Of a DNA stretch of 18,752 bases, positions 8,062 through 15,011 are shown one piece after another (within the stretch, counting starts at the first letter, position 1; each line of letters begins with the position of its first letter). The stretch is from NCBI GenBank assembly GCA_002771135.1, contig PCXO01000006.1, forward strand, positions 18,812-37,563, read 5' to 3'. The notes below the pieces were generated by a model that worked only from the letters and a program-made list of their open reading frames with translations, made no database searches and had not been told where the DNA came from. The translations under genes were made by a program, and so were the position numbers. This stretch comes from Candidatus Yanofskybacteria bacterium CG10_big_fil_rev_8_21_14_0_10_46_23. Lineage in GTDB: Bacteria > Patescibacteriota > Minisyncoccia > 2-02-FULL-40-12 > IGHO2-12-FULL-4.

Positions 8062-8228
8062 AAAACCACTCTCTTACCCCGCAGGCAATTAAACTCATGC
8101 GAATGTTGTTTAATAGGAACTGTATCCCAACGGGTACACTGGCTTCGGCTGTTGTATTTCTTGGCACTTTTCTGACCTGGCATTTCCCTAAATCCAGGAT
8201 TTGCCCGCGGGGTAAGGGAGTGGTTTTT
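8062..8228 (+). ncRNA. Candidate structured ncRNA of about 167 nt (possibly 6S-like; strand tentative).
   Basis: A 21-bp closing helix, AAAACCACUCUCUUACCCCGC (8062-8082) pairing with GCGGGGUAAGGGAGUGGUUUU (8207-8227, one G.U). It is extended by GGCAA (8084-8088) pairing with UUGCC (8201-8205). Internal hairpins include GUAUCCCAACGGGUAC (8122-8137) and a GC-UUCG-GC tetraloop (8142-8149). The 3' end is a U5 tract. A promoter lies about 40 nt upstream. No ORF is present. Confidence 0.4.
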
Positions 8229-8230
8229 AA

Positions 8231-9919
8231 TTAACTAACGACGCGATATATTTCTTCTAGGGTCGTGGCACCCTCTAAAACTTTCAGATAGCCATCTTGG
8301 AGCATCGGCACCATGCCCTCTTTCAGGGCTAGATCTCGGACTTGGGGAATCGAGGGAGAGGTCGTTATTAATCTCTCCATATCGGTACTGACTAGGAAGA
8401 GCTCGAATATCCCGATGCGCCCCACATAACCGCCTTGATTGCACTTCGGGCAACCCTTCGCTTTAAAAATAGTTATCTCGGGGCTAATGACAGGGAGCTG
8501 AACGGCCGGACTTAATTGTTCGAAGGCCTTTTTAATTTTTTCTGTCTCGAGGGCCGGGAGGGGGGTCTCTTCTTTGCAGGAGCACAGTTTCCGGACGAGG
8601 CGCTGAGCCATGGCTACGTTCAAGGCCGGGCCGATATTCACGGGCCGAGCCCCGAGATCAATCAATCGGGGGATGGTTCCGGCGGCATCGTTTGTATGTA
8701 GTGTGGAAAAGACCAAGTGGCCCGTCAACCCGGCTTGAATGGCGATTTCAGCCGTTTCGCCGTCTCGGATTTCTCCGACTAAGATGACATCGGGGTCTTG
8801 GCGGACAATAGACCGAAGGCCACTAGCGAAGGTGTAACCCTGATGTTCATCAACTTGAGTTTGAGAAATCCCAGTGATCTGATATTCAATCGGATCCTCA
8901 ATGGTAATTATTTTTATGCCTTCGCGATTCAAATAGCGAACAAATGAGTAAAGGCTGGTGGTCTTGCCGGATCCAGTTGGGCCAGTTGTAAGGATCGCTC
9001 CCGAGGTTTTTTTGAGCTCGGCCTCGAGAATTGCCAGAAGATCGGGGCGCATTCCGAGACTGCTGAGTTTCTGAGTCGTTGTCAGCGGATCAAGGATTCG
9101 CATGACAACATTCTCGCCGAAGGCTCCGGGAAGAATAGAAACTCGAACCTCAACATCGCGACTATCCAATCTGATGGTAAACCGGCCATCTTGGGGCGTG
9201 TTGTGGATATTGATTTTTAAGCCAGAGATTATTTTTATTCTCGAGAGAATTCGAGCATATTCTCTCGTGGGCAGGTCGCCAATGTTGGAAAGAATCCCGT
9301 CAAGACGATAGCGAACTCGGATAATCGCTTCCTCGGGCTCTAGGTGAATATCGGAAGCGCTTATTTTTAGGGCTCCGGCGATGATTAGGTCGAGGGCTTC
9401 AGTCGTCTTCAGCTCCCGGAGCTGTTTTTTCAAATCCTCCAACCCGCCGATCTTTTCTTTTAGTTCAGCAATTCGCTCCTCACTGATGTCGACAACACCA
9501 AGGGGCGAGACTTTTATTCTTCGGGAATGTTGGTAGCGCTTCCAGACAGACTCTAGCCCCTCCGGAGAAGCAACAAACAAATCGAGGGAAAACTTTCGAT
9601 CGAGCAGGTCGGTCAATATCTTTTTCGTTTCCTCGTTTCGGGGGTCGCGGATAGCTATTTTTAAGGTGCGACTATCTTGGGCGATAATGGCCAATTGTCC
9701 GGATCGGGCGACGCCCTCGTCAAGCATATTCAGAACCGCGGTGTTTACTGGAAAATGGGCGAGATCAATAAAAGGTAAGTTGGTCGCTTTGGCCAGCTCT
9801 TGGGCGGCCAATTCTTTTCCTTTGAGTTGAATATCGTGAAGCTTCTGGTCTAAATCGGATTGGAGTTTAGGGTCTTCTTGACCGATAGATTTCATACCAT
9901 TGTAGTATATCACGCGCAA
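8231..9919 (-). CDS. pilB: Type IV pilus / type II secretion assembly ATPase (PilB/GspE family). The start is ambiguous: TTG at 9919 or ATG at 9895.
   Basis: Walker A TGPTGSGKTT. The GspE tetracysteine Zn motif reads CSCKEE...CPKC. An N-terminal GspE-N-like domain is present. 562 aa. Confidence 0.85.
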   Translation of the reverse strand: MRVIYYNGMKSIGQEDPKLQSDLDQKLHDIQLKGKELAAQELAKATNLPFIDLAHFPVNTAVLNMLDEGVARSGQLAIIAQDSRTLKIAIRDPRNEETKKILTDLLDRKFSLDLFVASPEGLESVWKRYQHSRRIKVSPLGVVDISEERIAELKEKIGGLEDLKKQLRELKTTEALDLIIAGALKISASDIHLEPEEAIIRVRYRLDGILSNIGDLPTREYARILSRIKIISGLKINIHNTPQDGRFTIRLDSRDVEVRVSILPGAFGENVVMRILDPLTTTQKLSSLGMRPDLLAILEAELKKTSGAILTTGPTGSGKTTSLYSFVRYLNREGIKIITIEDPIEYQITGISQTQVDEHQGYTFASGLRSIVRQDPDVILVGEIRDGETAEIAIQAGLTGHLVFSTLHTNDAAGTIPRLIDLGARPVNIGPALNVAMAQRLVRKLCSCKEETPLPALETEKIKKAFEQLSPAVQLPVISPEITIFKAKGCPKCNQGGYVGRIGIFELFLVSTDMERLITTSPSIPQVRDLALKEGMVPMLQDGYLKVLEGATTLEEIYRVVS

Positions 9920-9984
9920 CTCGCGGCTAACATAGCAACCCCAAACAAATCATCAATAGTAACCTTTGGGGATAACCGTTTATT

Positions 9985-10013
9985 TTGACATTTAATTTAT
10001 TATTTTGTATATT
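9985..10013 (+). promoter_or_regulatory. Sigma70-type promoter TTGACA-17-TATATT upstream of nusA.
   Basis: TTGACA at 9985-9990, a 17-nt spacer, and TATATT at 10008-10013. Confidence 0.55.
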
Positions 10014-10037
10014 GAGTTTAATGAATGATGGTATCAA

Positions 10038-10064
10038 GGTCCGCTCCCGCGGGCCTCGATTTTT
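10038..10064 (+). terminator. Terminator-like hairpin (candidate attenuator) in the nusA 5' leader, followed by a second perfect hairpin.
   Basis: GGUCCGC-UCCC-GCGGGCC (10038-10055), then UCGA, then UUUUU (10060-10064). A second hairpin GGCUAC-GUCA-GUAGCC lies at 10074-10089. Confidence 0.35.
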
Positions 10065-10099
10065 ATAAAATCTGGCTACGTCAGTAGCCAGTCAAAATT

Positions 10100-11365
10100 A
10101 TGATTGACATGAAACAATTTATCTCGGCGATCGATCAAATCGCCGACGAGAAAGGTCTGCCTCGAGAAAAAATATATGAGGCGATTGAGGACGCAATCGC
10201 CGCGGCCTACAAGCGCGACTATGGCGAAAGAAGCCAAATTGTTCGAGCAAAGATGAATCCCGAGACGGGGGAGACAAAACTTTGGCAAGTTAAATATGTT
10301 GTCGAGGGCTTTGACGAGGAGGAATACCTAACCGGAGAGTTACCTCAAATATTTAATGAGCCGGTTAAGGCGGGCTATCGTAGTGAGGACCAGGAACCGG
10401 AAGAGGCCGAGGGGGGGCTTCGAATAAAGTATAACCCGGAGAAACATATTTTACTTTCTGAGGCTCAAATAGAAAAGGAAGATGCCAAGATTGGAGAGGA
10501 GATCATTACCCCTCTAGAAACGAAAACTGACTTTGGTCGAGTTGCCGCTCAGAACGCCAAGCAAGTTATCATCCAGCGTCTTCGAGAAGTTGAACGCGAT
10601 GTTATTTTCAATGAATTTAGCCAGCGCGAGAACGAAGTGGTCAGCGGGACGATCCAAAGGAAGGAGGGTTCTATGGTTTTTGTCGATCTGGGTCGAACTA
10701 ATGGTCTCTTGATTCCTTCGGAACAGATTCGCAGTGATGGTTATCGGATCGGCCAGCGGCTTCGATTTTTAATCTTGCGCGTGGAGCAAAGCTCCAAAGG
10801 TCCGGCGGTTATCCTTTCGCGAGCGCACCCGCAGTTGGTTAAAGAACTTTTCCGACTGGAGGTGCCCGAAATTGAGGCTGACTCAGTTCAAATAAAATCA
10901 GTGGCTCGCGAGGCCGGATTTCGGTCTAAAGTCGCGGTTATCTCGGTAGAGGAAGGGGTTGACCCGATTGGCTCTCTTGTCGGGCAACGGGGGGTTCGAG
11001 TCCAGACGGTTATTAACGAGCTGGCCGGGGAGAAAATCGATATTATCGAATGGAATGACGACCCGAAGGTTTTTATCGCCAATGCCTTGTCGCCGGCAAA
11101 AGTCGGAAAGGTTAGTATTGTCAGTGAGGGAGAAAGACACGCTGTGGTCGAGGTGGCCGATGATCAATTTTCGTTAGCCATTGGTCGCCAAGGTCAAAAT
11201 GTTCGATTGGCGGCCAAGTTGACTGGCTGGAAAATAGACGTTCGGTCACCTCAAGAGGAGTTAACAGCCCAAGAGGTGGAGGCGGGCGGTCCCTTGCCGG
11301 AAGCAATAGCCGAGGCTGAGGCTCCAGAGAAAACAGAGGATAAAAAAGAGACCAGCGATGAATAA
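10100..11365 (+). CDS. nusA: Transcription termination/antitermination factor NusA.
   Basis: N-terminus ...DEKGLPREKIYEAIEDAIAAAYKRDYG is the NusA NTD. S1 and tandem KH regions follow (…GQRGVRVQTV..., ...GRQGQNVRLAAKLTGWKIDV). The C-terminal tail is acidic. Confidence 0.92.
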   Translation: MIDMKQFISAIDQIADEKGLPREKIYEAIEDAIAAAYKRDYGERSQIVRAKMNPETGETKLWQVKYVVEGFDEEEYLTGELPQIFNEPVKAGYRSEDQEPEEAEGGLRIKYNPEKHILLSEAQIEKEDAKIGEEIITPLETKTDFGRVAAQNAKQVIIQRLREVERDVIFNEFSQRENEVVSGTIQRKEGSMVFVDLGRTNGLLIPSEQIRSDGYRIGQRLRFLILRVEQSSKGPAVILSRAHPQLVKELFRLEVPEIEADSVQIKSVAREAGFRSKVAVISVEEGVDPIGSLVGQRGVRVQTVINELAGEKIDIIEWNDDPKVFIANALSPAKVGKVSIVSEGERHAVVEVADDQFSLAIGRQGQNVRLAAKLTGWKIDVRSPQEELTAQEVEAGGPLPEAIAEAEAPEKTEDKKETSDE

Positions 11366-12650
11366 AAATATTGTAAAAAAAGAGGATGGAAGCTTGGCTC
11401 TAACGATAAGCTTGGGGGCGGATGAGCTTCAGGGTTTCGTCAGTCAAGCGGAAAAAAATATTGGAGCAAATTTAAAGGTTGACGGCTTTCGCCCGGGGGC
11501 GGTTCCGCCCAAAGTGGTCCGCCAAAAGGTTGACCCGGAAACTATTAAGGAGGAGGCCTTGAATCTAAGCGTTCAGGCCTCGATAAGCCAAGTCGCCAAA
11601 GAAGAAAATCTAACGATATTAGACTCTTTTGATTTCAAAATAAATAAAAATGATTCGGCCGAGCTTAATTTTAGTGTCATAATTACCCCATTGCCAAAAG
11701 TGACTCTCGGAGATTACCGCGGGTTAGAGGTCGAGAGAAAAAAGACGGAAGTCCGTCCGGAAGAGATTGACAAGACCATTGATTTTTTAAGAAAATCTCG
11801 GGCAACCAGCCGGGATATTGAATCACCGGCCCGCAGGGGTAATCGGCTAGAAGTTGATTTTGAAGTTCGGTTAGATGGGCAGATTATCGAAGGCGGTGAG
11901 AGTAAAAATCACCCCGTTGTTCTGGGAGACGGAAGATTCATCCCCGGCTTTGAAGATAAGTTGATTGGGAGCAAGCGAGGCGAAACGAAGGAGTTCTCTC
12001 TGGTGGTGCCTAAGGATTACTACAAAAGAGATCTGGCCGGAAAAGCCCTAGATTTTAAGGTGACAGTGAACCGAGTCGAAGAGATTATTTTGCCGGAGAT
12101 AAATGATGATTTTGCAAAAAGTCTTGGCCAATTTGAGAGCCTTGCGAGGCTCCGAGAAAACATTACCCAGGGTATAATTAAAGAAAAAGAGGAGGCTGAA
12201 CGCCAACGCCTTCAGGCGCAAGTAATAGACCTCATCGCTAGTCGGGCGGAGGCAGAAATTCCGAGTCGCCTTGTCGAAATTCAATTGGACACCCTTCTTT
12301 CTCGGTTTGATCAACGCCTACATCAACAGGGGATGGAACTAAGTTTATATCTGGCCCAAACTGGCAAAACCCTGGAAAGCTTGCGGAAGGAGTGGCGGTC
12401 TCAAGCCGAGCGACAAGTTAAAGACAGCTTGGTCTTGCGGGCGATCCGAGAGGAAGAGAAAATTGAAGTTTTGGAAGAAGCTGTCACTCAGCGAGTTAAC
12501 GAAATTCTGGGTCAGTTTAGAAGCATAGAAGAGGCCGAGCGGTCCCTTGATTTGAAAACTCTTCGAGACCGGATTCGAGACCAGCTAGCCCGGGAGGCGG
12601 TTATTGCTTTTCTCGAAAAGAAAACAAAATTTATCCCGGCTGGGAAATAA
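11358..12650 (+). CDS. tig: Trigger factor (ribosome-associated chaperone/PPIase).
   Basis: N-domain signature GFRPGAVPPKVV. A central FKBP-type PPIase segment is present (…VDFEVRLDGQIIEGGESKNHPVVLGDG.FIPGFEDKLIG...). 430 aa. It overlaps the nusA stop by 8 nt. Confidence 0.9.
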   Translation: MNKNIVKKEDGSLALTISLGADELQGFVSQAEKNIGANLKVDGFRPGAVPPKVVRQKVDPETIKEEALNLSVQASISQVAKEENLTILDSFDFKINKNDSAELNFSVIITPLPKVTLGDYRGLEVERKKTEVRPEEIDKTIDFLRKSRATSRDIESPARRGNRLEVDFEVRLDGQIIEGGESKNHPVVLGDGRFIPGFEDKLIGSKRGETKEFSLVVPKDYYKRDLAGKALDFKVTVNRVEEIILPEINDDFAKSLGQFESLARLRENITQGIIKEKEEAERQRLQAQVIDLIASRAEAEIPSRLVEIQLDTLLSRFDQRLHQQGMELSLYLAQTGKTLESLRKEWRSQAERQVKDSLVLRAIREEEKIEVLEEAVTQRVNEILGQFRSIEEAERSLDLKTLRDRIRDQLAREAVIAFLEKKTKFIPAGK

Positions 12651-12710
12651 CTATCAACAAATTGGAGGACTGTCTTAAACCCAGATAAGTCGGTATACTT
12701 ATGTCTGTCT

Positions 12711-13100
12711 ATGTCTCGATCGCTCAACTATTCCCATATCTTTATTCGGCTCGGCTTGGCCATAGTCTTCCTCTGGTTTGGAGTTGATAAATTTTTTAGT
12801 CCGGACTATTGGATAAATGCTTGGGTTCCGCATTGGCTAATTGGCTTTAGCAGTCGCTTTGGAGTTGATGCGCTGACCCTGATTTACAGTACCGGCGTTT
12901 TTGAAGTTTTAGTCGGCATCTCTCTGATCACGGGAGTTTTTATGACAACTTTTTCGGCCTTGGCTCTGGTTTTCTTGATATTTATCCTTTTGTCTGTCGG
13001 GCTCAATGAGATTACGATTAGAGATTTTAGTATAATCGGAGGATTCCTCGCGATCCTCTCTTGGCCAAAAATAAATGGATATACCCCCTATCGACTCTAA
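12711..13100 (+). CDS. DoxX-family small integral membrane protein.
   Basis: 129 aa with about four TM helices. HIFIRLGLAIVFLWFGVDKFF fits the DoxX N-terminal pattern (RI.LG..F...G..K). It overlaps the next gene. Confidence 0.55.
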   Translation: MSRSLNYSHIFIRLGLAIVFLWFGVDKFFSPDYWINAWVPHWLIGFSSRFGVDALTLIYSTGVFEVLVGISLITGVFMTTFSALALVFLIFILLSVGLNEITIRDFSIIGGFLAILSWPKINGYTPYRL

Positions 13101-13800
13101 TAAGGCAATTTCTAAAATCGATTGGCCTAAGTTCTATACGCCGATGGCGGTTCTTCTTGCCGGAGTTATTATCGCCGGAGCGGTCTTTTTTTCCGGTAGG
13201 CCGAATTTACCCCAGGAGCAGGTGGGCCTTATCGGGGATCAAATCGGGGGACCGATCGTGGTCGGAGTCGATGATGATCCGTTTCTTGGTCCGGCCGAAG
13301 CCAAAGTAACAATTATTGAATTTAGTGACTTTCAGTGCCCCTTTTGCCGGATTTTTTGGCGAGAGGCCTTAGCTAGGATAAGAACTGAATATATTGAAGC
13401 CGGGGCAAGTGTTAAATTTGTTTACCGGGATATGCCCCTCGATATTCATCCCATGGCCGAAATCACGGCGCAAGCTAGCCAGTGTGCCAATGATCAGGGC
13501 CGGTATTGGGATTATCACGACAAAATATTTGAAGAGCAGAGTCTCTTGGGACCCAACACGATAAGTTATACAGAACAGAATCTGGTTGATTGGGCCCAAG
13601 ATATTAATTTGAATCTGTCTGATTTTGTTGAGTGTGTTTCTAGCCAAAAGTATAAAGAGGAGGTGGCAAAAGATGTGGCCGATGGTCTTCGGGTCGGGGC
13701 TGGGGCCACCCCCACAATCTTTATAAATGGCCGGCGCGTTGTCGGGGCCCAACCCTTTGAAACCTTTAAAGCTATTATTGATTCAGAATTAAATTCCTAA
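13075..13800 (+). CDS. DsbA-like thiol:disulfide oxidoreductase with an N-terminal membrane anchor. An alternative start is possible near 13141.
   Basis: Thioredoxin fold with the CPFC active site (FSDFQCPFCRIFW). DsbA-type helical insertion (...CANDQGRYWDYHDKIFEEQ...) and C-terminal GATPTIFINGRRVVGAQP. TM segment MAVLLAGVIIAGAVFF. Confidence 0.82.
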   Translation: MDIPPIDSNKAISKIDWPKFYTPMAVLLAGVIIAGAVFFSGRPNLPQEQVGLIGDQIGGPIVVGVDDDPFLGPAEAKVTIIEFSDFQCPFCRIFWREALARIRTEYIEAGASVKFVYRDMPLDIHPMAEITAQASQCANDQGRYWDYHDKIFEEQSLLGPNTISYTEQNLVDWAQDINLNLSDFVECVSSQKYKEEVAKDVADGLRVGAGATPTIFINGRRVVGAQPFETFKAIIDSELNS

Positions 13801-14960
13801 TGTCTCTTTATCTTGACTATGCCGCCACGACCCCTCTTGATGGTGGGGTCAAAAAAGAAATGGCTCGAGCCGAGGCGGTTTTCGCCAACCCCGCCTCATT
13901 CCATGAGGCGGGGCGTAAGGCGCGAGACCTTCTGGACGGCGCGCGCCAGAGTATCGCTCAGATTTTAAGTGTTAAGACCGAGGAGATTATCTTTACGGGT
14001 TCAGGGACGGAATCGATAAATTTGGCGATTCTTGGCGTAGCTCGAGCTAACCGGAACTTTGGCAACCATATAGTAACAACAAACATTGAGCATTTTGCGG
14101 TCTTAAAATCCTGTCAACAGCTAGAGCGCGAAGGTTTCGAAATTACCTACGTTCCGGCGGAAAAGAATGGCATCGTGGATTCAGCTCGACTGGAAAGAAG
14201 TTTAAAGAAGGAAACGATTCTCGTCTCGGTGATGCAGGCCAATAATGAAATCGGTACCCTACAACCAATCCGTCGGCTGGGGCAGATGCTCCAAGATATG
14301 CGCCGAGAAACGGGTCAACGCTACCCCTATTTCCACACCGATGCCTGCCAAGCGACGGGCGCGTTAAATATCAACCCCCATAGCCTAAATGTCGATCTCC
14401 TCTCTTTTAACGGTTCAAAGATCTATGGCCCCAAGGGGGTAGGGGCTTTGTTTGTTCGCCGGGGCCTTCATCTTCAGCCGATCATCTTTGGTGGTTCTCA
14501 GGAGCGAGGTCTTCGAGCGGGGACGGAGAGCGTTGTTTTAGCAATTGGTTTGGCGACGGCTCTGAAGATAACTTATGCTCGCCAGGAACAGGACGGGAGC
14601 ACGTTGTCCAAACTCCGAGATGAGGCGATAAAAGAAATTTTGGAGACAATCCACTTCAGCGAGCTAAACGGTCACCCCCAAAAAAGGCTCCCCAATAATC
14701 TGAATATCTCTTTTAAGCACGTTGAGGGGGAGATGCTGACGACCTATTTGAGCGATCGAGGGATTTATGTCTCAACCGGTTCGGCTTGCACCACGACCGC
14801 GACGGGCCCCTCCCACGTCATCCGAGCCTTGGGCGTTAATACGCGAGAGTGGGGAAACATTCGAATCACCCTTGGCCGAGAAACAACAAAATGGGATCTT
14901 AAAAAGCTTGTCAAAAATCTGGAGACCGGCGTAAATTATCTTCGTCGCTTAAAAAAGTAA
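13800..14960 (+). CDS. iscS: Cysteine desulfurase (IscS/NifS-like class V aminotransferase).
   Basis: MSLYLDYAATTP opening. PLP-lysine region SFNGSKIYGPKGVGALFVRRG. Active-site Cys loop VSTGSACTT. The ATG overlaps the dsbA-like stop (TAATG). Confidence 0.9.
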   Translation: MSLYLDYAATTPLDGGVKKEMARAEAVFANPASFHEAGRKARDLLDGARQSIAQILSVKTEEIIFTGSGTESINLAILGVARANRNFGNHIVTTNIEHFAVLKSCQQLEREGFEITYVPAEKNGIVDSARLERSLKKETILVSVMQANNEIGTLQPIRRLGQMLQDMRRETGQRYPYFHTDACQATGALNINPHSLNVDLLSFNGSKIYGPKGVGALFVRRGLHLQPIIFGGSQERGLRAGTESVVLAIGLATALKITYARQEQDGSTLSKLRDEAIKEILETIHFSELNGHPQKRLPNNLNISFKHVEGEMLTTYLSDRGIYVSTGSACTTTATGPSHVIRALGVNTREWGNIRITLGRETTKWDLKKLVKNLETGVNYLRRLKK

Positions 14961-15010
14961 ACAAAAACCCCGTCCCGACTCATATCGAGTTCGGGACGGG
15001 GCAAGAAAGA
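14961..15010 (-). terminator. Strong intrinsic terminator for the minus-strand SPFH gene. It may also act on the plus-strand iscS transcript.
   Basis: Stem ccccgtcccgactc-atat-gagt(t)cgggacgggg of about 14 bp with one bulge. On the minus strand it is followed by UUUUUGUUU. On the plus side it is followed by caagaaaga, with no U-tract. Confidence 0.7.
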
Positions 15011-15011
15011 A

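Noticed and set aside
8062-8228. The structured element read as SRP RNA, tmRNA or RNase P RNA
   Set aside because: It is too short for tmRNA or RNase P. It lacks the SRP domain IV GGAA / AGCAGC-type conserved loop, the tmRNA tRNA-like ends and the RNase P P4 (AGGAAAGUCC) motif. The minus-strand GCCAGGUCAG stretch resembles SRP only superficially.
9967-9975. TGGGGATAA (8/9 match to a DnaA box) in the pilB-nusA intergenic region
   Set aside because: It is a single isolated site with no AT-rich DUE or box cluster. A chance match is likely.
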